From Trichoplax adhaerens (taxonomy: Eukaryota; Animalia; Placozoa): a stretch of DNA of 64,000 nucleotides. Below the pieces are notes generated by a model. The model had not been told where the DNA came from. It saw only the letters and a program-made list of their open reading frames with translations, and made no database searches. Location: NCBI RefSeq assembly GCF_000150275.1, contig NW_002060981.1, positions 1 through 64,000 of the forward strand. The letters are read 5' to 3'. Positions 53,353 through 64,000 of this stretch are shown here, one piece after another; position 1 is the stretch's first letter, and every line of letters starts with the position of its first letter. The translations under genes and the position numbers were made by a program.

Positions 53353-56300
53353 CTATTTCGTTAACATTTTACGAAAGTCATCATTGCTCAGTTTGCTGCT
53401 AGAATTATTACTGGATTCAGAAGTAGTACTATCATTCTTTTTTACTGATCTTGGGACCATAAAAGACAGGCCAGTTCGACCACGTCCACGACTACGTAAC
53501 AAAACAATTTACATTTATATTATTCTATAGCAAATCATCCAGGATGATGAGTAATAAAAAGCAACTATGCAATGTAATTATCAGTATATTTACCTAGTAA
53601 CTGTAGGCACGTCCGAAGTCGATCGATTTTTGCTCTCGTTACGTTCTCTAATTTCAGGCTTGCGATTCTTCTCAAATTCTGATGTTTCCTTAGCATCAGG
53701 ATTTGATATTGCTACCGATATCGTTACACCATCAATTTCAGTGTTATCTAACGTCTTGACTGCGTTAGCTGCTGAAGCCTATGCAATATCAATTTGCAGG
53801 TATCTATCACTTGCTTATCTAAAATATGTTTAGCTTCGCTGTATGTACCGAGTATTCAGCCAACTATACAGAATTAAATATTAACGTCTAGATGTTTCGC
53901 TACCTCATTGGAAAATTCGATATAAGCGAAACCTCTTGACCTTCCCGATTTTCTAGCAACACATCTAATGTCTCGTAAACCTTCAAACTGGAATATTAAA
54001 ATTATACAGTTAAATAAATGATTGTGATTAACTTGTTACTGTATCAACTTTTCAGCGAAGAGTTCGTAAAAACGCCCAATGACTCACCTGATTGAATACC
54101 TCTCGAAGTCTATCAGATGAGATATCTTTAGTATTTTTAACAAATAGTGTACATCGATCCATTCCAGATCCAAACTGTTAAGGAAGCGTGGTAAGATTGC
54201 CGTTAAAAATTCGCAACGTATTCTTGAAAATATATAGATTTAGGCATGTTGATGTAAAAGAATCCCTGTCGTACCTTAAATTCAGTAGGGTGCTTCGATT
54301 TGTCTACATTTTCAGAAACATACACAGGTCGGCCAGCTATAGTATTCCTATCAAGTTTCAAAGCTTCTTGTGTCACCAACTGAAGGAAATACATCACACA
54401 GAATTAGTTAAATATGAAATCTATTACTGCAATAAGATAACAATCAAGATTTAAAAGTGATTAGGATATGATTTCTAAATCGGCTATACCTCATCTTCAA
54501 ACTCTACGTAACCGTAACCTTTAAATTTTCCGTTAGGTGCTCGTACTAGGCGAACATCTTTCACGTTGCCACACTACAGATAGTAGATACGAAATTCAGA
54601 TGTCATAAGTATTTAACTATATAACATTTCGTAACTTTAATACCAAGTAAGATCTACCGTTGAAAAAAAACTTCTAATGTCGTCTTCCACTGCACTGAAG
54701 GGAACATTACTAATAAATACAGAGGTTTTCTCGTTGTACCTATGATAAAACAAGTTAGCATTATACTATTACGACTATACGACATATTTTTAAATAATAA
54801 TATTAAATAACATTGCTCGTACTAATTAATAAAATAGTACCTTTCCCTTTCTCTACTCGGGTTATTTAGACTGCCATCAGCTAGTTCAAAAATAAGATAG
54901 TTATACCGTAAGTGATCTAAACTAATGTGTTAAGGGAATTCAATAGAGTTTACAGCTGTTGCATACTTCTACTTTTTTTCGTAATTCCTGATTCCTTACG
55001 ACTATCGAAATCAAATTTTCGTTTCTCTCTAGAGGGAGCCTATATAACATAAAATTATTATCTATATAGTAACAATACTTTAACGTTGTAGCTACGTGAA
55101 GAAAACAAAGACATCCGTAATCACATCTGCATCTATTTGATTTCTTTCTGCAACCGTCTGAGCCAACTTTCGATTGATTCGATCTTGCATTTTAGACCTT
55201 TCTTTTTCTTCCTTTCTTTTCTTCTTTTCTTCTGCCTCCTTTTCGACAGCCTTTGATTCATTTAATAATTAGTTGGACATGACGATATATAGACCGATTA
55301 TTATTACCTTAACTATTACCTTAGCTCGCTTTTGAGATATTACTTGAAGTTGATCTTGGCACTTTGCATTCGCAATGTCCCAATCTGACAATTGTCCTAA
55401 TATAAAAACGGTTCAGATGATCTATCAATTTAAGAAACAGCGAAGCACATTTGCCAAGAAATCATAAACAAATTACCTTCTTCTCTTTCAAAATCAAGCC
55501 AAGCTTGGCATATTCCTTCAGGGTCGTCATTAACTGCTCGGATTGCACGGGAGAATAATTTTTGACAGTTTTGAATATCACCGTATGCCCTATTATATTA
55601 TATTTACAAGGAAGCTACTATTAGTTAGACGAATAATTTAGCAAAAGTAAACCTATAATAACATCAGTTATGCATTTCAACCTTTCGAGTTCAATGTATT
55701 CAATCCAGTATGACGCTTGTCTTTTATGACCAATATTTAATAATTCTTCACGTAATTGACGACATTTTTCAATATTATTGAAATGTCGAGCCTGTTCAAC
55801 GAAAAGTTGTACTACTTTTTAAGTTCTTGCGTCAATATAATTACTCGAAGTGCAAGTTTATTTTAACAGCAAGCTAACCTCAATTTTAGCCCAATATTTT
55901 TGTAAATAATCAATAGACTCTACAGTTTCGTATCTATTATCTGTGTGGGTTAGACATACGTATGTTGTTAGCTAGTTGCATAAATTCAGCGTAACCGTCA
56001 GTGAATAATATGAAAAGGTAACTTACATATATGGTTCAATGCAGCCTGAAAAGTATCTCTTAAAAGCGTTATTTCCTCACTGTCTTCTAAAATACGTATA
56101 ATTATTGTAAGATAATGATCAGAGACAAATAAAAATTTTACGTCCTAAATAAAACTGAGTATTATTAGTTACCTCCACCAGGTTTGATATTTCTTCGCAA
56201 ACGATCAATATATATAAGCCATAACGATAAATCATTTTCCATACTACCGAGATTGCAGTTAAGAGCTGTGGTTACCGTATCTAAATAATTCATATAAGGA

Positions 56301-59300
56301 AATACCAATGATAAATAGTTAACAAATATTTACTGGAAAGTTACTATTAACGTTAAATATATTAACAAGTCTACTAGAATTGTAACCTCGCATTTTTTCG
56401 ATAGGTCCACCTGCACGCTCCTATAATACAGTGACAATAATAAGAAAGCAGAAATTGAACAATCTAATCCATAAGATAAGTATATGATAGCAAAAACGAT
56501 GCAATAACGACATCAATAAGACAATTGTACTGTGATTGTAACAGTACTTGTGCTCTCAGGTATCCATGCCATAAAGCTGCTACCCATGGGCAATTTCTGA
56601 TAGCTCTTTCGTAGACTTGTACCGCAATACTCCACACTTTCAACTTCGTATCCTACAGTAGAAAAATTGAAAGAAATGAATAGTTTACTAAGAGAACAAA
56701 TAATGCTTTTAATAACTTCAGCTATGCATAATGTGAACAAATTTTACGTTCTTACGAAACTGTTAAATGTCCAGGCATAATTTAATAATATAAATTAGAA
56801 CATGCAATCATATCAAAGTTGAATAAAATCTACCAAATATTGCGTGTAGCTCTGCCACAGTTCTGGAGAAAGGCAATGATTTCGTAAGCTTCTTTCGTAG
56901 AGACATTGAATTCTAGCAGGCTCGTTGGTTGTTTTTTCAAATTCTATGTAATTTTTATATCCGTCTAATGTTGATTCAACCGATAGCTGTAGCATAGAAT
57001 TATAGTAATGATATTTTTAATAAGAGAAAGTCAAATAAATACACCTGAAATAATATGAATATAGTTTAAATCTAATTTCTTACCAAAGAATCTTCATATT
57101 GCATTCGTTGGTCAAGTTTCTCTACAGCTTGCTCATATAATTGTTTGGTATATTCATCTATGGAGTCTTTGCCCATCCAACTTTCGAAATCCCGCCAAGT
57201 ACCCTGCATACCTATTAAATATAATCATTTTATTTTATTCTGTTCTTATTACAGTATTAATTAAGGACACCCATTTTTTATCTGCAGATGGTATACTTAA
57301 GTGTTACCTAATAGAGGAACTGCTAATTGTCTTTTGTACAGGGTAGTAATCCTATCTTTCTGATCAAGTCTATTAAATAGCAATGAGAAATGTAACGCTT
57401 CGAAAGATACAGGAATGTAAGTATGATATATATATATATCATGGTTATTATTTCTAAAAAGGTAGTAACATGTCTACTACGATATGCAATGGCCTTTTCA
57501 AAATTAATACACATATAAAAATTTCACGTTAATACAATATTCAATTACATTTAGAGGGGCAAGTATAACTGTGCTTTAATTCAATACAATACTAGCGTAC
57601 GATATTAATAAGTTAATCCGTTTAAAAATAACGAACATACGATTCTTTCGCAATAGAGGTCAAGTCATCAGTTTCCTAGCAAATTATTCAACACAAGGTA
57701 GTACTTTGATCAAAATGCAGTATCTTAATTAAGAAAGAAGCATAACATGCTATCATCAATCGCTGCAGTTCTTACAGTCATCGAATTTAAGATATTAATT
57801 TCATATTCTCGGTAATCATCCCAAATATAACAACCCTATGATTAATTCAGTGAAAAAAATTGGAGTGGCAACGTCATACCAGATTTCTTATCATTTAAAG
57901 ATTGTCATCTATCATACTATGGGCTTTTATAGAATTTGATCGTGATTGTACCTTAGTTAAGTGGAGTCCAACGGAAGTAAGAGCTCGTTCATAAATATTT
58001 CTGATATCATTATGATTGCCTACTTTTTCCGTTATACAATATGACGCGTACTTTTGCCACAATCCAACAGCTATAAAATGCAAAAGCAAGAAAGGAGAGT
58101 GATTCAATTTTCTTCTTAACTATTCGTATGCATTGATTGATTATGCATACCATACGGTGATAGCATAATAGTAAATAATAGAAAAAGCTGGTATTTATTA
58201 CTATATTACAGAAAAAAGTGACAAAAATTCTTTTGTAAGATACGAACAGAGGTAATCAATTATAGATTTGTCAAGTAATTCGACAAGACCGGCTTTTTCT
58301 TCTTCTGTTTGCGCGATATTTGCTTCATCGGAGACCCATTGCATCCATAAATCTGCAAATATATATTTAAATTATCTAAATTTGTTTTAAACTATTTTCA
58401 AGTTATCAATGAATAAGGCAAGAGTGAAATCAATTGTCTGCCTAAATAGACATGTGAAGTAAATGATAAAATAGAATTTAAAATTATAAGATTTGAATTT
58501 TCAATATGACTACTCAATTTATTCAATATACTGTATAATCAGTAGTTAGTGAAAAGGGCCACATTTCCACTAGCCAAAAAATCCTATAAGGGTAACACTA
58601 CTGTAGATGTCAGGAAGGTATGCAGCATTTCATACTGCAACATTTCTACCAATCGAGAACTTGTGCGGTATACGTGTGTAAGTGATGGATGCATATTTGA
58701 GTTGCGAATTTGGTTATATCAGTTCTACCACTAAAGATTCCTCTAGTATTCATTTTGCATAGGGATAAAATTACGAATTGTACCGTACTGCTAGATCTAA
58801 TATCTATTCATTCGATCGTAATACTTTATGTACCAAGGAAGCACATTGTTTATAGATTGGCAAATAGCACTTTCTATATACTGTAACGGTTGCATTTGGC
58901 ACGAAATGCCCTTCACTGATTATTGTTGATCGTATTACCTTCAGTAAGTGGAAATAGTTGATTCATTTTCTTGCGGATTGATCGTAATCGTACAAGATCA
59001 CCTTGCTGTCTTAATAAATTGATGAGTTCAACGTAGGAATCGTAATGGAATTCATTCTTGTGGAGCTATAGCATGTATAAGAGAAAGAAAATTGAACAGT
59101 AGAACAAGGTGAAATTGTTGTTGCTAAGGCTACAACAGCAACGATGAAATGATCGTCTTTGCCGATATTGGCAGTCTATGCGTAGTATCAACCTAATTCA
59201 TAACTGCCACTATTGCAATAGTAGCAGTCATCATTTCGATTGCATACAAGATGGAATCATTTTTATCGTCTATTGCTATCGACATACATAACTTAGTAAA

Positions 59301-59446
59301 TGATCCACACGTTGAGCTAAAGCTCCTTCTTCTTCATCATCCGTATCACTACTACTACTACCGTAGCTATCGGAGGTATCCTCCTCTTGATCTATGTTGG
59401 TATCGTCATCATCGCCATGTTGAACCACTTCGTCATGACTATCCAT
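53353..59446 (-). CDS. SART3: SART3/Prp24 U4/U6 recycling factor (HAT repeats, two RRMs, LSm-interaction motif)
   Basis: Acidic N-terminus, FPLTE, LYERSL..LSPELWQSY, RRM motifs KGYGYVEF and RGFAYIEF, terminal LSNDDFRKML. Confidence 0.92.
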
Positions 59447-59857
59447 GCCTACTTTCTATAGTGTGTAATGATAGTCAAGAGCTACAGCAAGAATAAGTCT
59501 CAAAATTGATCTTCAAACAGTCTCCAATTACTACTGTACCAGTAATCAACTTGTTTAAACTGCGCTGAAATAGAGTTGATAATATTGATGGCGTTCTTCC
59601 TTGCAGAATGGGATGCAAGATTGAAGAAGGAAAGTAGTCTAGACCAGTTGCGCTTGCCAATGAAGCAGTCTTTTGCTACTGTAGCTGATACATCCGCTTA
59701 ACGGCATACTGTAGTCTTGCTCACCGATCAGCTGATGGATTTGTACTCAAATTATTCACCATGACGTACAGTGTACACTACTGTAGTATACAGTGCGCCG
59801 TACTGTAATTCTACAGTACAGTGTACTGTAGAGGATCTCAACAAATCAGTCAATGAC

Positions 59858-59929
59858 TATGAAATGAAATCATGGATCCTATCCTAGACAGGGATTATGA
59901 AATGAAATCATGGATCCTAGACAGGGATT
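59858..59929 (+). repeat. Two-copy ~35-bp tandem repeat TATGAAATGAAATCATGGATCCT..AGACAGGGAT
   Basis: Direct inspection. Confidence 0.85.
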
Positions 59930-59967
59930 GATGTGAACTCCATTTTGAATCCTATACTGTATGATTT

Positions 59968-60157
59968 AGAGGCACGCAACAGCGACTTGTGAGACAGAGT
60001 CGCTGCTACCAACGTCCACTTTAGTGTTGCAAGCAAGCATGGACTGCCAAAGGCGCATTACGCAACCCAACCTGGCAGCGAATGAAATAGGATGTGTGCA
60101 GAAAGCTCGACCATTTTGAACTCGTATAGATGGATAACCCTAGAGGTACAGAACGAT
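59968..60157 (-). ncRNA. Candidate structured non-coding RNA of unknown class
   Basis: Four hairpins whose stems close with G-U pairs only on the minus strand; locally GC-rich; PSE-like TCACCATAA starting 59 nt upstream of an ATCG start. Confidence 0.5.
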
Positions 60158-60320
60158 CTGGAGGCGAAATGATGCCACCCCTCATCTCATAATCCTTCAG
60201 GTTGGTATTATGGTGACAAATATTTTGCACCATACTGTCCTAGTGTACTGTATACCAAACAAGATGTTGACGGAAGGACGAGACATAAGGATAACATTCC
60301 CCATTGACCACAAGAAATAG

Positions 60321-60678
60321 TGGACTGTGTGGACTGGACACTGTCCTCGGATAGACGGACTTTGTATACCAGTTGTAGCCGAAAATGTGGAAAAGGAGTA
60401 ACTCAGTAGAGATCTTCCGTATCTGTTTTCGAAATCAGTCGTCTTAATTTAAATAACCTTGATGATCTACAGCTACTGCTTCCAAGTAGAGCTTAGTAAC
60501 AGGCAATAGAATACAATGGACAGTAATATTACTTAATTTAGAAAAAATCATTCAGACTGTCTGCGTACTAAAGTAATGTACACTGTACTGTACTGTCATA
60601 ATGAAGTGTTGGACACCATTTGTTGACCAAAATTGGCCCAATGTCTGTCCGTCCAAAGGAGTGTCCAGTTCAGTCCCA
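60321..60678 (+). mobile_element. Decayed MITE-like interspersed repeat, copy 2, with imperfect terminal inverted repeats
   Basis: Left GGACTGGACACTGTCCTCGGATAGACGGA versus right TCTGTCCGTCCAAAGGAGTGTCCAGTTCAGTCC; core homologous to 27485-27698. Confidence 0.55.
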
Positions 60679-61968
60679 GGTCTGCAGCTATTTGGCCAGA
60701 ACGGTTCTGTCAATGACAGCTATGGGTCTTTTAAAACGTAGCCGTAAGCCCGAAAAGGGTAAAACTAACTCAAAAGCCATTCAATAATCAACAATAGGAT
60801 TGTATGGAGCATTGGATATACTTGTAGATACCGCGACAGGTCCATCGCCATATATAGTAAATCTATCTCCATTTAGTCCTCGACTATTATTCTGGGCCAT
60901 GCCGGTGCGCGCGGTGTATTGTTCGAGTACAGTGTACAGTGTAGGTAGTACAGTGCACAGTACTGTAGCACCACCATCACTGAACTGTACACTCTGTAAA
61001 ACTTCGACGCTAACAAATGGCATAACTCTATCGTACAGTACTATGAGTCTGTATGGCAAGTAACTGGTGATAGAGACTCAATAGCAGATATAGTCTTCAT
61101 TATTCAAAGCCATTTCTTGGGTCCAAAAGTGCCCAACCGTTCTGAACCGTAACGGAGGATGAGTCCAATTTGAAGGTTATCCATGGAAACCCTAGTGTCG
61201 ACGATGGCTATAATAGTTGCAAATATCATGTCCACGAAAGGCATTGGTTGGGTGTTTTCTTATTAAAGCATCGATCGATCTGGACGGTAGATCGAGGCCT
61301 ATATACGCCGCAAAATATCTTGTTGATAACCGTTGTTGCCTTGGTCATTTTACTTTTCCTTCTTTTTATTCACCATTGCACTAGATATACACTCATTACA
61401 ATACAAAACATTGATTAACACTTTAGGCCATCTTTCATCGTATGAAGAAGGATGATGAACATTCGATATCCCTAATCCTGACAATGGGCTATGGCTGGTG
61501 GTGTGGTATATCCACGGTTGGCATTGATATGACTTAACTAAGTACTTTATGCCCAATACTTCACTCTATTACGTTGACTTTACGGCTAGAAATAGCCTAC
61601 AATTAATTGCTACAGTAATTATAATTGTCATTGGTTTTGGCCAACCTATTTGGTTACGATTGATGTAAGTTCAATAATAATTTAACAACATAATTATCGC
61701 CATCATTATCCATGGACGGGGGATATTCAATTTGTAAAGATTATCATGAGTCCTCAGTATGGAGTAGCACGATAAAGGGAGACCCACGTAGACGTATATA
61801 TGCGTTTCTACAAGTAGCCCATGGCAGATACGATCACTGCATTTCAATCCAATACTACTGAATTTTTAGAAATCAATTGATTGAAAAATTTGTCTTTTTT
61901 GTTCTATCTCTCACTCTTTCTTCATCTTTCTCTCCTGACAGTAACGATCTCATTCAAATTACCAGAGG

Positions 61969-63111
61969 ATGGCTTCTTTGACAAATTGTAACTGTACTTT
62001 GCGCCGAATTGCTTATTTAGTCATTGCCTCACTCATTGTTGGACAAGTTCTAATGATTTATCATGTCATTGTTAAAAAAGATGCTCATAAGTATAAAGTA
62101 CACCAAATTAATGTATCATTCCATAAGAATTATTCTTCCGATCAAGATAATGATGAATTTATTGATATAACCAGCAATTTCTCCAGTGTTGTCATTGACA
62201 AATTAAAATCAGAAGCTACTCTAAATAATGTATCTTTCCTGGCGCCTATGATAGCATCGCCGACGGCATGTGAATCAAAGAATTATCTATTATTAGTTAT
62301 CAATTCCAAAGTGGAACATGCTGGACGCCGCTTAGCGATACGACAATCGTGGGGAGATGCCAAAAATATTGACCATTTCAATGAAAAGGCAAAAACAACC
62401 AAAGCTGCTCCACCACTAAAATGGAAATTAGTCTTTATCGTTGGTCGTTCCAACACCGCTGATATCAATAAGAAGACAGAAGCAGAAGCCAAGCAATATG
62501 GTGATTTAATTATTGGAGATTTTACCGATTCAATGAAATCGTTAACTTTGAAAACAGTCATGGCGATGCAATGGGCTAAACATTTTTGCTCTCCTGCAAT
62601 TTATTATAAAGGTGACGATGATGTCTTTGTCAATCCTTATTTACTTTATCAGATCGCTGAAGGTTATGTTCGCAATAACATTAAGAAAGAATGGATATGC
62701 CGTGCTCATATCCATCCTATAAGCCGTAGGCCTGTACGTAATAAAAGGCATCGCTATTACGTACCTTATAGTAAATATCGTCAAAAGTTATTTCCTTATT
62801 TTTGCTCTGGTTTTGCCTATGTTATGACGGGTGATGCTTTAAGCAGCATGGTCAGTGTTGTCAAGACGACTCCAATCATCGATTCAGTAGACGATGCTTT
62901 TGTTGGCATATTAGCTGATAAAGTTAAAATAAAACCAAAGCACGATAAAAGATTTAAAGTATATGATCGCTACGATCGTCGCCCCAATAGATTTAATAGG
63001 CCTAATGTTGAAATTGAACTAATGCGGAAGACACTCGCTGAGCATGGTATTTACTATCTAAAAATGAAAACCTATATGGCCAACACTAACAAGGCTATGC
63101 TGGTAAAATGA
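61969..63111 (+). CDS. GT31 family beta-1,3-galactosyl/GlcNAc transferase, type II membrane, intronless
   Basis: N-terminal TM; RRLAIRQSWG, EAKQYGDLIIGDF..LTLKT, KGDDDVFVN (DxD), PYFCSGFAYV, DDAFVG. Confidence 0.92.
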   Translation: MASLTNCNCTLRRIAYLVIASLIVGQVLMIYHVIVKKDAHKYKVHQINVSFHKNYSSDQDNDEFIDITSNFSSVVIDKLKSEATLNNVSFLAPMIASPTACESKNYLLLVINSKVEHAGRRLAIRQSWGDAKNIDHFNEKAKTTKAAPPLKWKLVFIVGRSNTADINKKTEAEAKQYGDLIIGDFTDSMKSLTLKTVMAMQWAKHFCSPAIYYKGDDDVFVNPYLLYQIAEGYVRNNIKKEWICRAHIHPISRRPVRNKRHRYYVPYSKYRQKLFPYFCSGFAYVMTGDALSSMVSVVKTTPIIDSVDDAFVGILADKVKIKPKHDKRFKVYDRYDRRPNRFNRPNVEIELMRKTLAEHGIYYLKMKTYMANTNKAMLVK

Positions 63112-64000
63112 AAGTCACGTCGACTACACAAGTCCCTACCTAAAATGATTTTTTTACACCGTAGCAAGCTCCACACAATAATATTGACCAACAACAGCCA
63201 TGTTCATGTACAAGGTAGTCTTTCTGAACTGATTCTACGCATCGAAGGAATGACCGTATTAATCATGCTCATATCGAACTCTGAACATTTCACTAGTTAA
63301 TTACGATTTCATATTGTGATGAAGAATAGGATGGGAAATAACTTAATATTGTTGTTTTATAGCATAATTTATATTTATTAGTAAAAAAATTTTCATTGCA
63401 ATATGATTACTTATTGGATTCAAGAATTAATTGAAAGTTGTCAATATTGATAATAACTGTTGCTTGCTCATAATAGCACTTTTTGACTTATATATATATA
63501 TTAAGAAGACAACAGGGAGACATCATATAGATTTCAGTAAAGTCAACTCTCAGTAGCTTATATATTTTTAAAAACTTTTATTTCCATGATATACTTATTA
63601 TTCTATTCGTTATAGTATCCTCGTTAAATGATTACTTTATATTTAATCAAGTATAAACGATTGCCTATTATATAATTATAATTTATAATAAGTATGGATA
63701 CATTAATAGTAGCTCCGGCTACAGCATGTATATATAATTTTTCTCTTTGTGATCTAATGTACAGATCAAATAATAAAAAAACTGCGTTAACTTCTTTTTA
63801 CAACTTGCTATTATGTAAATTATAGAACATTATTGCCATTGTCATTCCTTGTACCCTTTAAGTACTGTAGGAGAATAGTGGTCGTAATGCACATCGTAGG
63901 TATTTTACCAGGGACTTCTCTCTTAGAAGACCCTGGTATTGCACTAACCTGATAAAATACCAACAGGTAATCGGATTCTTAAACATCAACATAATTAAAT

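Larger units (their letters stand above)
59765..61045. repeat. TACAG/CTGTA arrays in the SART3 / GT31 divergent promoter
   Basis: Runs at ~59765-59830, 60578-60597 and 60925-61042. Confidence 0.75.

Noticed and set aside
60135-60142. TAACCCTA as a telomerase RNA template
   Set aside because: It is on the strand opposite to the G-U-supported structure, and no U-rich pseudoknot or H/ACA end is recognisable downstream.
59968-60157. U2 snRNA (ATCG start, similar length)
   Set aside because: Lacks the GTAGTA branch-recognition sequence and an Sm site.
60154-60181. CGATCTGGAGGCGAAATGATGCCACCCC resembling, from memory, the 5' stem of vertebrate 7SK
   Set aside because: No second GATC to pair, no 3' hairpin with poly-T terminator, and wrong strand relative to the wobble signal; a covariance-model search is needed.
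60697-61144. 10-bp inverted repeat CAGAACGGTT / AACCGTTCTG as transposon ends
   Set aside because: Too short, no TSD, no second copy in the window.
1-64000. CRISPR arrays, tRNA, rRNA, prokaryotic operons
   Set aside because: No repeat-spacer arrays or tRNA/rRNA signatures seen; the sequence is spliceosomal-intron eukaryotic DNA.

Overview
AT-rich, intron-containing, compact animal genomic DNA; gene density, short introns and tandem NIT-type guanylate cyclases suggest a placozoan (Trichoplax-like), which is an inference. The first ~21 kb hold two tandem membrane guanylate cyclase genes. The first is broken by two 50-N gaps and partly duplicated. The second is complete: TM-NIT (nitrate/nitrite-sensing)-TM-coiled coil-GC. 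Between them is a ~12 kb spacer with three clear solo LTRs and one probable, each flanked by a 5-bp TSD. From 23 to 63 kb genes alternate strictly in strand: PAF1(-), a coiled-coil protein with SILK/RVxF PP1-docking motifs(+), an intronless LRR protein(-), FKBP-TPR protein(+), a C-type lectin/tectonic-2 fusion(-), SMPD4(+, with a U12-type intron), SART3(-) and an intronless GT31 glycosyltransferase(+). Three of four divergent promoters carry dense TACAG/CTGTA arrays, and two share a ~220-bp MITE-like element. The most novel-looking signal is an unannotated ~190-nt minus-strand multi-hairpin RNA candidate upstream of SART3, with strand-specific G-U pairs and a PSE-like motif. All exon models and alignments were made by eye.
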